Below, one piece after another: positions 23,170-37,300 of a stretch of 64,000 bases of DNA (position 1 is the stretch's first letter; each line of letters starts with the position of its first letter). Where the stretch lies: contig OZ316893.1 in the NCBI GenBank assembly GCA_973895155.1, positions 23,148,015 to 23,212,014 on the forward strand, in the 5' to 3' direction. Below the pieces are notes generated by a model that was given only the letters and a program-made list of their open reading frames with translations, did not search any database and was not told the DNA's origin. Origin of the DNA: Marsupella aquatica (lineage: Eukaryota; Plantae; Marchantiophyta). A program made the translations under genes and the position numbers.

Positions 23170-25353
23170 TGATACTCCTATACAGTTCACTGTGAAGTTC
23201 TCCCAAGCTCTTGAGTCTGCCAATAGGTAGGGTCTTCCCTAGTTGTTATTGTGGTGAGCCTCTTCCTGGTCCCTTGGGCTTTTAAGTCTTTGGTTGCCTC
23301 CCATCCATGGGGTCTTTTGCTTGTGGAATAGAGTCTCACGGTTGGGCACCGGGTTGGGCACCTTTTGCTCATTTGACTATATATATAGCACAATAGCGCA
23401 ATGCCGTATTGCTAAGGCTCTCATTTCAAAACTCAAGCCATGAGAGAAGGTTACTTTGAATTGGATCAATATACTATATTTAGGTACATCAAATTTTGTG
23501 AGTGTGTGTCAAGAGAGTTGGAAAAAGAAGAGACATTTTGTTTTTTAGCTATGAGCTAGGATATCAATCACAGAACTTGACTACCTTAACACTTAGCTCC
23601 GGCGTCGCTGACTCCGACATCAAGCTCCTCTATGGTCCAAACCAAGAACGGCCATCCAGGGAGGACTTAGCATAGGGAGACTTGTGGGTAATGGGGCGTT
23701 GCACTGGCCAAGGCAAGGCGCTAAGCTGGTGATGTACACTAAGGACTTACACTAGCTGGGGGTTGGTTGGGTCATAGGAAAGGGCTGGACTCAAAGGCAA
23801 CCATCCAGACGCCCGGATGGACTTTGAGTTTTGAGGGCTTGAGTGAGAGCTCATCTTGGATCCAAGGCTAATGGAGTTTACTTCATGCACAACGGATGCT
23901 TGAGGCATGAGATACGGCCCGGCCCAGGTTTGGTCGCTCGCGGACCTTGAGCGACAACGGGTTCTGAGGGCCTAGGCATGAGCATTGGGTTGGCCCAACC
24001 ACAATGAGCTAAGGCACTCCACCTACGGACGCCTAACTAGAAAGTTATGGGCATAGCCAAGTGGTGGCGTGCCCTCGGGGGTCTCACTATATGGATGCCT
24101 CTCCATCACCTGTGACATTTTTAGGCCTTGGACCCCCTAAAATGTAAGAAAAAATTAATTTTTTGACCACTATAAAGTTGGAATATTCTCAAAATATTCC
24201 AAAATTTTGGTTATAAGGACCCTAGTGTTCTTACAAGTCCCAAAATTGGATTTAAAAGACCCTATTGTTCTTCTCAGAAAATTCTTAAGTCTTCCCTTCG
24301 AAACAATAAAATGACCCTATACTTCGTCGCACGTGATATGACATTTTTGTGGAAGTGAAACCCCCGAGGGCGTGCCCAAACATGCAGGTTGGGGTCCAGG
24401 TGGGGGGCCAAAATATGGGGACCAAAGTTTATCCGGGGGTGACAGGTCTCCATAAGCATATATGAGGGGAGTGGTGTCTCCCTGGGGGCCAAGGGCAAGC
24501 CCAAGTCGTGAGCTGTGGCAATCGCAACACCAATGGGAAACACCAAACGGAAACAACAATAACTTCCGAACAGGAAGTCCATTGGAGGACTTATTGGGTG
24601 AGTTGGAAAGCTCTCAAGGAGGGCCTCCTGAGATCATTTGGGCTAGGGGTGCCATGGATTCTTGGGGTTTACAGGGGCTATATTGCTCGCTTCCCAAATC
24701 TTGCTAAAATAGTAGCCAAGTCGCGTTCAGTTTCCCAAGGGAGATTGTGTTGGGGAGGCAAGTTCAAGTAGGCATGGAGGTTGAGTTCCAAGTGCACTTG
24801 GAACCTAGGCTATCAGTTGAGCAAGAGTCATGAGTTGGGTTGCTAGAGTCGGGCCATTCTGGTCCCGATGTTTTAGGACAAGCTGCACGCTATTTGGGCC
24901 ATGAGCATGTCTTGGGGACAGGGTGGTTAGTTGGTGATGGATAGGTACGGGGGAGCATCGGCTACACCCAAAGAGGGGCTGTTTTGGACATACAATGGGT
25001 ATCGGCTCTGGCTATGGCTTATGGCAAGGCCATGCGGGCTATGGAGGACCTATCGTTGACCTACTTACCAATGTCTGTTGAGCTTGAGTTAGGATGCTAG
25101 ACTTGGGAGATCTAGATCCTTTTGGGTTCCTTACCAAAGGGCTTGGTTGCTTGTGTGGATAACGAGGGCCGTTGAGCGACAGTCGTGTGAGGGAGCAAGT
25201 GCAACTTTGTGTAGGAAGTGGTCGTCGGGGGTGCAAGGTGCATCAAGTTGTTTGCTCAGGGACTTTCGTAGAGGCGTTTGGGCACCAAGGGCACTTAGGC
25301 GTGGGTGCTGGGATTGGTGAGGGCGCTGGGTGGCAAGGTCCACCACTATATCA
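23170..25353. mobile_element. Probable solo LTR (~2.2 kb)
   Basis: Termini TGATA...TATCA with a 4-bp flanking duplication TTCT; no coding capacity. 24773-25347 is homologous (inverted) to 53133-54756. Confidence 0.6.
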
Positions 25354-28300
25354 TTCTCATCCCAAATGCGGGCCCCAAAATGTTTTGCTTCTAGAGGATA
25401 CCCTCAACTTGGATGACATCTATGGAAATGTGTAGTTTGAATATTATTACACATATTTAATAAAGTAAAATTTCTTGACTTCCACACAAAGAGGTTTTGA
25501 GATCACATCCTAACTCATTTAAAAATAAGTTTGATAAAGAATTTGAGTACGTACAAAGATTATTGTACAAATTATACTGTAAGAGTCTACAAGAATCCCT
25601 CGCAAGAAAACACCAAAACAAAACTATCCCAATGTCCATCCGTTGCCATAGGGTTGTTGCAGTCATTCCCGCCATGTAATTTATTGTTGCAACCATGTTG
25701 GTACATGTGCAAGTTTTGTGTGATGGAATTAGTTAAAGTATAGAAGACATATATAGTGCAAAAATTAATTGCAAACATGGCTAACTTATCCAACTTTGGG
25801 TCCCTCTAAGGGTTGCTACAAAATTGGCCATCTAGGATTTGACTGATCGAGGGTCATGAGCAAAAACCAGGCAAGTAGGGATGGTTGGGTTTGGCAAGCT
25901 AGGGTCCCTTGATACCTAAAGTAAGGGATTAACTAAACTTAGTGAACTTGATCAAACCGTGATTTTGGGCACACGGTTGCATCTAGACTAGACTATTGAA
26001 ACACTTGAGTGAGAGATGTGTGCTTGTTAAAGGAAGCATGCATTTATTGTTTAGTTTCATCTTAGAGGGTGCAAATGATTATAAATGAAAGTATTGAGAA
26101 TGCAAACTCTAATATAGTAGCACCTTGACTACTACATGAGCCCAATCACAACCACCTGCCAAGGTATGTCTCCAAAAGACATAGATTTCCTATTATGGCC
26201 CAGATTGAGTTACCAAGGTCTCACATAGATCAATGCACCTTGACCAGATAATGTCAAGGGAATAAATCTTAGATGGATGTCTATGACATCAATCAAGACT
26301 ATGAGTGCACCCATGCTACTCTAGGGCATAAATCTTAGTTCAGATGCCCATTAGATAAATCAAGATTATGAGTGCCTCCAGGCTATTGTAGTGTTCAAAG
26401 CCTCCCAGATTGAGAACAAGGAAGACAAAATCTAAAATATTTGTGGGTTATCTCACTGCATCTTGTGACTTATCTTAATATGCACTTGCAGCCTAATTTA
26501 GATGCCATACTTTTTAAGTAAAATACTTATTACTAAAGGCACTAAAACAACCAATTTGGGCAAAAACATTCAACAAGCTATTTACAAATTTGTCAAAATC
26601 ATATAATAAAGGGTAGAAGGTTTTTTGTTTTACTATACTTTCAAATGCATTATTTTGTTTGCATGTATTATTACACTAAGTGATTCCCCAAGGGACAAGA
26701 TCATCACAATGTGGATCAAGAACTCTATCCCAATGTGGAAATACAAGTTGTTGCTTCAACAAGACATGGTACCCCAAGTCAGGGGCAATGATAGCAACCA
26801 CATCCCAAATGTCATCGTGTGTAGTACCATGACCATAAAGAGAAAATGAATACACTGCATGTCCATTGATGCCCCACGAACACATGTGGGTTTCCCCAGA
26901 AGACAAGGATGGGGAAAACCAAGCCTGAGGCAAGTGGACATTGTTAAAATGAAAGAACTCATATGAAAGGGGCCCCACAGCGGAGCCAAAGCCAGACCCC
27001 CAAACGAGGACTCAAACTGGAAAGAAGACGTCCCAAACAAAATGCAAAAGTGCATCAAAAAAATGCTAGAAAAGGCATGTTGGTGCATGCAGTTTTAAAC
27101 TATGTGCTGAATGCAGTTTGGACTATCCAAAACAATCCCCTCGAAAGCAGGAACCATGCTTTGAACCTCTTTGCCTCCTAGCTTGGGCATTGGGGACCTT
27201 GCCTGATGAAACTTGGCCTGAAACATGAGAGCTTTTCTTCACTCCCTTGACATAGTCAAAAAGTACACGAAGAAGGTTCTCAATGAAGAAATGCATGAGT
27301 CACCTGCCCAAAAGCCCAACAACCAAGGAACCCACAAGAGAACCAGCCCAACAACCAAGGAACCCACAAGAGACCCAAAATCTGCCTTTAGGTGCCAATG
27401 ATTTGATGCAGTTTACAATAGATTTGCTGACTTTTAAAATCAGAAAAGATCTAAAGGCGCTCAAATATCTATGAACATTTAAAAATAAATACTAGGTGTG
27501 TCGCACATCTTTTCCTTCCTAGACTCTCGAGGCATTCCTCAGTTAAACTCCCTCCCAAAGTACATTGGAAGAAATCAGTGGATAATATGCATTACAGTAC
27601 GGTGCTAACTATAAGCGTAGGCCTTTCATAAATGCCATAGGAAACCATTAGTTATTACCAAAAGGCAGAGGACAATGTTTGGGACTTGGGACATTCCTGA
27701 CACCATGGTCTGCTTTTGAGATTGAGCAAGTACAAATTCATCACTTTAGACAGTCAGTCCAGTCCTGACCAGAATGGCTGGAGCCAAGATAGTAATTTAT
27801 AAGAATTATTATTCTAAAGAAAAGCCCCACTTAGATACAAAGGTTCGTTTTGGAGGCTCACGTCGACAAACTAAAACTACGTTTAAAAAAATTGTGAAGT
27901 ACTTAGTTTGAAAAAATTGTGAAAATTATTTTACTAGAATATTAGCTCAATGTCAGGATTGTAAATAACAATTCTCCTAGAGTATAAGTGTTGTTTGGCA
28001 TATTTGAGGTCCGTGTCCAATTTGAGGGGTGTCAAAATTTGATATGGCAATTGGATTTCAAGAGTATGCAAGCTGCCAAGAGAATGTTGGGTCGGCTTGG
28101 GAAAGGTGGGTAATGGCTCTTTCAGGCCATTTCACGGGAAGGAAAATTTGATGTTTGATTTATGTCTACAGAGGGTTTATCTAAGCACTTTGTACAAACC
28201 TTTGTGACTATCTGGGCTTTTCTTTCCTTGTTTAGGGGTTAAAGGTGACAGTAAACCATATGTATAGAAGCAACCCATGGTGACTCCATAGGGCAACAGT

Positions 28301-28905
28301 GAATACAAACCCTAAGGGTGATTGGTAAATATAGATTGACAACCGACTGCTGCAGCACCACCTGCTCACCACCAGACGTGAGGGCAATTTATGCCAGCCC
28401 CAGAAGTTTCTTTCCTCTCCAACATCTATCATGTTTTCTTAATTTTCATGAAAGAAGGGTCAGAGCAGCCCAAGAAAACACTCTTTGTTATTGATCAAAC
28501 AACTTCCATAGGGTATTTAAGTTTGTCTTTTTTGGCTTCAAAGGGGGCGGAGAGAAACCAGGAAGAAAGTACAAGTTTGTTGGAGAGAACTTATAGGAAG
28601 TATGACTTACCCATTCCAAGTATGGGTGTCACTTCAAGGAGGAAACAAACGCTTTGGAGGTAAACACAAAGACTTAGAGAAAATTCATCAGGTAAGCATT
28701 GCAAGGCAACAGGTACCTAGCCTCACTTTCAAACTTTCCTCAACTTTGGCTTCCTCTCCCCACAGTTAGACATTTTATCCAGCGCAAATCAATTGTCCTC
28801 TCATTTCTTACCTTAACTTCCTACACAGAAAGCCTGCACAAAGATTTATAAAAATTCAATTCAATTGAGACAAACAGATAGATGTTTTTAATTCAAATAA
28901 ATGAG

Positions 28906-29609
28906 TACCTGATTAATGAAGACAAAATAACCTAACCAAAAAAGTAGCATAGACTTTAAAGTAAGGTCGGATCTAGTGAATTTTTGTCACTCTATAAACA
29001 CCACTCAAAATCAATCAAGTACTTTTTATGAAACTAGGACGATAGTAGCTAAAGTCCTCTTTTGAAGCCGAAAATATATTCTTCCCAGACATTCTTCATG
29101 AAAGATTGCATGAACTGTCACCTAGGACCCATCTGAGGATCTTTAAGCGGGTCCCTAAAACTTAGTTAGATCTAGTGAAGCTCATGATTTGAATCAGTAA
29201 GAATTTATTCTTCAGTCGAATGAATTGAAATCTTCTATGATCGAAATATTTCAAAAATCGATTAGATCGTGATTGGAGAATTCGGAGTTCGATAGATCAT
29301 AGAAGATTTCAATTCATTCGTCTGAAGAATAAATTCTTATTGATTGAAGTTATAAATTTTGGCTAGATCTAAGATACCAATTGAAATCCTTAGATTATAA
29401 AAGATATGACGATTCGTGTAAATTTTTGTGAAATACTCAATATAGTTCTCACTTCAAACTAAAATCTTAGTCACTTTTTAAATTAATAAAAAAATCAATA
29501 ATTAGAAATAACTTATACTTTAGTGAAAAAGTTCACAAGATCCATCTGAGTGAAAAGTCTTACACTTTTTCCAAAAATTAGTTAGGTTTTGTGTCTTCAA
29601 TTGACTGTA
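28906..29609. mobile_element. Foldback MITE, Tc1/mariner-like (TA ends)
   Basis: Degenerate TIRs tacctgattaatgaagac / gtcttcaattgactgta bounded by TA; complementary arms, with an inner stem 29192-29242 vs 29295-29345 matching at 49/51 positions. Confidence 0.8.
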
Positions 29610-32600
29610 GCTAGTTTCCCATACATCCCAGTTAGTAGGTAGAATCTAATGGTTCTCCTTAAATCTAGGGAGATCTAATGGTTAGAAAGTAATTTAAAAA
29701 AGTAGATAAGAAATATTCTTATTGTGTTCCCCTTTCACTTTCACATGGGTAGGCGCCACCTTGGCAGTGAAAACATCTAGAATGAAGCTCAATGGCACCC
29801 CCATGGCTCATCAAGTTTGACAAGGACCTACTTTAACCAATGAGAAGCTATTGTAGATGGAGCATCTTTATAAACCATCAACGAGTGGGACCTTCCCGGG
29901 CTTTTTGGCTTTTGGGGCTAGTTGGTCTTATGGGGTTTTCTCTGGTTGTTCTTCACTTTATTGGGTTTCTAAGTGAGTTTTGGATCTTGTGTTTGACTCT
30001 TTTTGTTCTTTGATAGGGTGATATCCATACCTATATTTTTTAATTTAAATATTGTTTCATTAATATACGAGCCCGGTGTAGTTGCACAATATAATATTAT
30101 TCTTTATAAAAAGATGTGTTCCCAGAGGCAATGTTATTGAGCATCAAGGAGATGGCAATCACACACTAGGAAGAGTAGGGAAGTCGGGTTGTATTGGATT
30201 TCCACAAGTGTGGGAACTATGGGGAGAATCACAAGTTGGGCATGATCGAGTGTTTGCTTAGATTCTCAAAGTTTCTTAAAGGTTTTGGCTCATTTCGTCC
30301 CCATTATTGGTTATTGGGTCTCCTGCCTTTGGGGTCCTGTCCCCCTCTTTGGTTATTTTGGCGACAGATTGTTTATATGCATACTTTTAAAAAAGTGTCA
30401 TAAAGTTTCCTCTTTGGTTCTTTCGGCAACAGATTGTTTGTACAAATAACCTCTATTTTTTAAGTCTCAGCAAGTTTCTTGGTCCATCCAAATGGTTGGA
30501 GAAGCGTCAAGGTACATCTGGGCCTGTAAGTGTCTCTTTCTTTTTTAAATGATGAAGAATGTTCACAGTCATGCACAATTGCACAGCGCTCTCACAAGCA
30601 ACAAGAATATTTGAAAAGTGCTATCATCTCAATGCAATCCTGAACCTTTCTCCCCTATTCCCTCGCCGCCCACAGGCTCACAGGTAGGCCCGGCCGGATT
30701 TCTGGATGTCCCAGTCGTGTTCGCCAATAAAAATTAGCGGTGACTGTGCTACCAAGACACACAGTGTCACATAACTCTTGTTGAAGTGGTTTTCCTTTCG
30801 TCTCTTCCTTTGTATCACTCTCATAACCTTCCAGCTACCAGTGTTATCAATAATGACGATTGGACAAGTGGTCTGGATGTTTCATCTGTAACTCCCGTGT
30901 GGGACTGGGGCCTGGGCTGTTGTTTGTTGGGCCTTGTCGTTTGGCACTTGATCCGGGAGCACTGTGTTCACCTAGACTTAACACTTTTGATGATACCATA
31001 GTTAGAAGGTTAGATGATGACTGTTTCTTTACCAATCCCCACAGTTCTGACGGCTGAGCTTGATCGAGCATCAAATTATCAAATTCTGGCAAGTGAGGAG
31101 CTCATCATCTACAGACGACGTGGAATCTACTGTAAAAGGAGACACTGAGACATCTTGAGACACTGAGACATCTACAGATCCGTGAAATCAACCTTGGTAT
31201 GATCTGAAAGTTTCAACTCTGAAGCCCTTTTTGGACCGTCTCGTATCATTATCTTCCAGTTGACACTTAGGGACAATGGGATGGGTCCGGTATTGGAAGT
31301 TTGGTTGTTGCATGGTCCAACAAGTCTCTTCAGAAGCCCAAACGTTACAGTTGTACGCTGCCCAACGAAGGTTTGACAAGCCACCGCCAAATGTAGCATT
31401 GTGAAGCACTGAGACCATGATGGCCAAAATCTCAAGATTGGCCCACTTCCTTTAGCTACTGCTATAGTGTGATAGATTCTCTTTTCCTTCCCTGTTATTT
31501 CCCTTTAGAGAGCCGTAAAGTGACCGGGGAGAGTATTGTAACGTGACACCAACATTCGCAACAAGCTGGCCACTCAGAATCTCAGATGGTGTCGTCTCCA
31601 CTGTGAGACGAAACGTTTGGCGTTACTGATATCGTGGCATTACCAGTTTTGGATGCCGCAAAAAACCTACTTAATTTGGGTCTTTGTATATCCTCATTTC
31701 AGCATACAATACTCCATTCTTCTGTTTCAGCAGTTCAGTTGTTGCCTCGCTGAAGGATTCAGAAAATTATGAGATAGTAGTCCTAAGGAATCACAAGCAA
31801 AAATTCGAAAGGTTTCAAAAGTAAAAACACAGTGCATGGAGAACAGGTAGAAAAAATTGTTAAGTGGATGTTTAGTCAAGGCATAAGAAAACTGATGCCT
31901 TTTCTTTCATTAAAGTTCAGAAGGTGATTCTCACGTCTTTCTGAGTACATTTGTGGTTTTTTTGTTCCCCCTTTCTTCTCGGTAGTAGATATGCGAAGAT
32001 GTCCTCAATTTTTGGTTTATAGCGTTACAGCTTTTCTCATACGATCTCCTTAATCTTCCTGGGCTCTGAGGTTTTTGTCCTTTTTATATTGTGAGCTCGG
32101 TTGGTCAATTGCATCCACAGTAACTGTGCTCTGCGTGCATTACAGCTAACAGCTAGCTCGTGGAGTACTTTGACGGTACAGCTCTTGGAGTACTGTGATG
32201 GTACAGTGGTATAGCCCAAACCTTCTCCTTTACTTAATACTTTATCAATCTGAAAGCTGGGCTCCTGTGGGAGAGACAATTTGGATTATGTTCTAGAGTG
32301 AGTGAACTTACTGTGCAATTCTGTCACAGGTCTCTCCTTTTATTTTATGGTTGTATTAGTTTTAGTTTCTCCAGGAGTTGAAAGACAGAGCCTCTCGCCT
32401 CGTGGAATCGAATATCAATGCATGCTGCGGTTTTAAGTTATCGAGGTGAGAGCGTGGGACTTTGGGAGGGATTGGAGGTGGAGGAAGGAAGAGCCGTTGG
32501 TGGGAGGCCCATGTACAGGAAGGGGGGTATGGTCACGGTCTCCTGGTCGATTCCAAGGATCGAGAGCCAGCCATGCCAGTCGGATCGTCTCGGAATTTGA

Positions 32601-33224
32601 AAGAACATTGAATGCTTCGTGGATGCCAAAGTTGTTTTAGAAGTGCTGCTGATACATCTTCTGATGAAATGAAGAATCGCATTGGCAACTGGCACTTGGA
32701 GAGTGACTGGGCACAAATCAAAATTCTGGCGGGACCATGCTCTCAACTTACTGATGAGAAGCAAAACTAGAACGCCAAAGAAAGTGAATGGACAACATTC
32801 ACTTACCATGGCGCAACGCGCGATCTGAGAGCCGCAATAGGTGGCCGCTGTCGACCCTACTGTAGAATGATGCCTGGTTAGCAGAGCTGCTACGCTGAGC
32901 GGCTGAGGTCCACTGTCTTGAGGAGGTTGCAAGAATGCAAGCGGAGGCCTTCCCTCAAATTCCTGGCTCAAATTTCAAGAATGTACCACTATAGACTGGA
33001 CCCCACATCCAGCTAGGGAGGATTGGGTGGGAAACTGGGGAATGTCCCCCATCTCAAGAATGCACCATAGGTTGGACCTGGACCCCACATCCCGGGCGGA
33101 TTGCATGGGTGGGAGAATGTGGGGCTATCTCTACGCAGTGTGCCATTGATGAGAGCCTGCTGCAATAGTGAAAGGAATCATTTCATGCTACGATAAATCC
33201 AAGCCTCCGATCTAGTCTAGAAGA

Positions 33225-33259
33225 TATATATATATATATATATATAATTTTATATATAT
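33225..33259. repeat. (TA)n microsatellite
   Basis: Direct observation; interrupted once by TTTT. Confidence 0.9.
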
Positions 33260-34878
33260 CTCCCTACCTCATCGAGGCAGGCCGAGTGACCTTCCTTGCT
33301 TCCAGTTGCTTTGACTCGGAAGACTTGCTTATTTTAGGCGCTATGTTCCTAGCCTTTTAAGATTTGTAGGCTTGGTGTATACTTGGAGTAGTATCTCGCT
33401 CATCTCATGCAACAGATGCCTCGTGGCAGACACGAGCTTTGCGTTCAACATTCCCACGTTTCATCTTTCGCTGATCAGTCCTGCAACTCACATAGCTGCT
33501 CGTCGGGCTGGTCGTACTTTGTCTTCCACAACTGTCAACAAAGACGTATGTCGAGAAACGAAAAAGGGTGGCTACTGCAAAAAAAAACATTCCCTTCCAG
33601 TCTCATTCTCATACCCACATTCTATTCCAATCTCCATCTCGCTCTCTGAATCTTCCCTCATCAGTCACAAAATCTGCAGGGATTGGATATGACTGCCAAC
33701 ACTTCCCGTCCTGGCTTTTGGTTCTCTTGCTGTCCTTCCCGAGGATCTCTCCTCTGCTGTGCAGCTCCTCCTCCTCGATAGCACTTCCAGTTGCATTATC
33801 CAACAGATTCCACACAATTGGGCATATCTTACCAGTCTCGAGATTTTTTTATATTATTGACTGCCAAGACAAAACAAGGAATTTTGCATACCCGAGAGGC
33901 CGAGAAGTATCAACGAAGTGCTGCAGACTAATTATATCTGAACAAAAAGCGCCAAACCGAGAGTAATTCAGAGACCAAACCTGCACGTAACCTTTTTGGT
34001 TTTTTAATGGTTTTGTAATCTGAAAGATTTATTGCAAAGCGACAGAAAGCACGTAACCTTGTGAGACCATTTATTGCTACTCTCTCTCTCTTTCTCTTTC
34101 TCTCTCCCATGAGAATGCACTGTTCGTTGGTCTTGGAAACTGGTTTGCTAGCTATAGACTGCAGAGGCATATGGGCCTGACTTGTCTCCTGGAGATTTAG
34201 GAAGACTCCAATGATTATAAAACGATATCAGGATCCTGTATTCCATAAGAGAACAAGTATATGGTTTTTGCAGATGAACCTACTTGATAGAGCCTTGAAC
34301 TGCCTAAGCAGGGAATACTTTTCATTGCTCTGGTGGGGTTTCTCTTCCCTTCCAACATCCTCCCAACCCAAAGAAAATACTATATATTTTGTTCTAAAGT
34401 CTAGTTCTGATGAAGTGAACGAAGGTTTCAGTTCCGAATCATTTTACATTTTTCATCTTAGATATTAGTTTTGGCCAAGTCGAGTTAGAGAGGCCTTTGT
34501 TTGTCCTAAGTCACTGTCACACCCTCATGGCACTGTCCATCAACCATAGTACCTAAGGTTGGTCAGGCCGAGTTGTCAATCTTGGGGTCAGGGCCTGGGA
34601 GTCATGGCCTGGCCTGTGTGGATCACTGAGGGGATGCAGTCCTGGTCTACCACAAGTTGAATGCACATTTGGGAAAATGCACTCAAGCAATTAACAGTCA
34701 GATAAACTACAAACTTACACTTTTGTGATATTTAGGCAGAATTACAGGTATTTCCACAATCTTGCATTTCATAAACACAGAACATGAGTAACAGCGCAAG
34801 ATTCTTAAAATTCTAGCAACGATTCACTGATACTCTTATCTAACAAACTCGACTAATTCTTCTTCTAACAAGGAAAAA

Positions 34879-35287
34879 TGTGAAAAGTTTTGATAAGCCA
34901 TTGGTTAACCTGCTCCTCCACTCTTAGGCATTTATTCTTAGCTCTAGAGTATTATGTAACTGTAGTTAGTCAAGCCATGCATAGTTAGGTGTTTAGTTAT
35001 AGTTAGATGTGCAACTACTACTTACACAAGCACGAGTTAGTTAGTGAGTCACACTTAAAGCTCATTGGAGCCTGTTGAGAGATAGTAAGAGTTTAGTATG
35101 TAGAGACTTGGTATGGTTGGCAGGCTTAGAGTTCAATAAATATCTCTTGTGTGTTCCCGCGGACGTAGGAATAAGTGAGCTGAACCACTTATCTCCTGTG
35201 TTGTCTACTTGTGTATTTGGTGGATGTTACTTATGTGCATGCATGTTGTCTCATGAGTAATGGTTGATATACTCAACATCCACAACA
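34879..35287 (+). mobile_element. Ty1/Copia-type LTR remnant
   Basis: TGTG...CACAACA ends, preceded by a purine tract; contains CCCGCGGACGTAGG...GCTGAACCAC, matching the CCCGTGGACGTAGG...CCGAACCAC motif of Tnt1/Tork-like Copia LTRs, plus AATAAA. Confidence 0.6.
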
Positions 35288-36679
35288 ACCCAATATTTAT
35301 TTTTCAACATAGCCTTCCCATGAGACAGTGGACATCATGTGCACAATGCCATATTGATTTCCTTCACACTATCAGCTCAAGGCGCCATAGTGAAAGAGAG
35401 CTAACTTGGTTGGGATCAAAAGAGACAACTGGATATAGAGACATGGTCAGGCTGTTAAGGCCTACTTAGCAATTTGGGCCTCCTAGGCACCCACGGAACT
35501 TGAAGGGACTACTTAATCGTAGGGAATATTGCATGGGGTCCCAATTGTTACAAAAGAAAGTTTGTGGGCCATCACGGCAGACTTTCCACCTTGGGGGTGG
35601 CATATACCCCTCAACTTGGGTGGTGGGAGCCTAGGCCTGCTCAGACTCCTCTCGTTTAGCCTCCTTAGTCCTCCTAGTACAATAGATTTTTTTTTACTTT
35701 GATTCACTCTTAATCTACTCATAATTGAACAGTGTGGGGTTTTCTCCTGGATTTCATTGCAGTTTGATCTTGAGCTGTGGATTGGGAGCAAATCTTGACA
35801 CGTTGCAAAACACAGATACCCACGTGAAAAGCGCGTCTCAGTTGCCTTGAAAACTGATAATGTTTGGAAGGAGTCATGTTTCCCAACATGGCCCCATTGG
35901 CCCCAATGCCCCATGATTCATATGCCCTCCATGTGGGCGAAGATCAGTGTGGTACCCACCCAAAGTTTAGAGACCTATTCACTATAGCACTAGCTTAGGG
36001 GCAAGTTCTTTCACCACCGTTCATTTCTGAAAATGTCAAACGCTAACACCTACAAAAACAACAACAAAAGAAAACAAAGCTCAACACCTACAGTAGTCCT
36101 ATGGCAACATTATCCTCCTCTTCAAGGTCCTTCCTCAAGGCCAAAGGGATCCTTGTTCTTTACCTCGATGCCAAGACTTCAAGGCTACATTGGGGCTCTC
36201 ACATGGACTGTAGGGGTGACAATTTCAGTCATTCAGTCATTCAGTCATTCAACTCCAGGTGAAGAATATTGTGAGCTTGTGACCATCCTCCTATAGTGCA
36301 GTAGGATAGTAGCTTCACGGTGTCATGATGTTATCATGAGATCCTCCCATTTGATAATCGTGTGCTCTACGAAGCAAGTCATCTCGTTTGGGGTGAAGTT
36401 TAGAAGTGATCAATCATTTCAGGTAAACATGGAATAAGCCTGACGAAGCTATCACCGTAGCTAGGCTTCATTGAGTGCTACACTACTCAATCAATCAACT
36501 ATCCAGACCTTTTCCCAGGTGAGAAACGCCCACTGAACACATCATTTTGTACTCTTCAGGTCATAATGCTCGCATAATTTTGGGCCCCAAGTTGAGGCGG
36601 GCCTATCATATATGCTCATGTTAGGAACTTGGTTTCTCGTTCAAATCTCATCAATCTTACTGGGGGGCATCAATCTTAC

Positions 36680-36980
36680 CTTCATGATTGAATACTGCAA
36701 ATCAGAGAAGATACTTGGACATGGCATCCAGGTTGTTTTAAGAGGTATCTCCTTTTAAAGCTTAGGGATAAAGTTTTTTTGTGAACAAGTTGATTTACTT
36801 GAATATGGATGAAAGGTCCAAATAAAGTGCTTCATGATTGAATACTGCAAATGAAATCAGAGAAGATACTTGACATGGCATCCAGGTTGTTTAAGAGGTT
36901 ATCCTTTTAAAGCTTAGGGAGAAAGTTTTTTGTGAACAAGTTGAATTACTGGAAAATGGATGGAAGGTTCAAATAAAATG
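36680..36980. repeat. Tandem duplication 2 x ~150 bp
   Basis: cttcatgattgaatactgcaaat...agagaagatactt...gcttaggga.aaagtttttt...aggt.caaataaa occurs twice. Confidence 0.9.
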
Positions 36981-37196
36981 TAAGGAAAAAGGAGGTGGAA
37001 AAGGTCCAAAGTCGGCCATAGCTGTAATAAAGTTGTTGAGTGGTGCTACTCTCTGATTAGTCGACTATTATGTGCTTTTGGGCAAGTAGAGGTATAGTCT
37101 ACACATCTTTGAGGTTGATGCTCATAAACACACCCTCTTGTTGGATAACAGATTTTGCTCTAGTTAATTTTTGCTGTATTTTAAACCACAACTTGC

Positions 37197-37300
37197 CCTA
37201 TATAAGGGGAAGTGTCCAAGACCTCCCCCTTTTTCACATTTCAGTCATTGTTCTCCTCTAGCATACCAGTTTTCTCCACAATTTCAGGAAAAATCTCTTT
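37197..37300 (+). repeat. Dispersed repeat family copy 2
   Basis: tatataaggggaagtgtccaagacctccccctttttcacatt...ctccacaatttcaggaaaaa matches 19029-19230. Confidence 0.7.

Noticed and set aside
24113-24348. Nested insertion flanked by tgacattttt direct repeats
   Set aside because: No TIRs or tail; may be a chance AT-rich repeat.
32995-33095. snRNA-type USE (RTCCCACATCG)
   Set aside because: Imperfect match, part of a local duplication, with no correctly spaced TATA or snRNA body.
36300-36610. Gypsy chromodomain/PPT remnant (YPDLF)
   Set aside because: Too degenerate to support.
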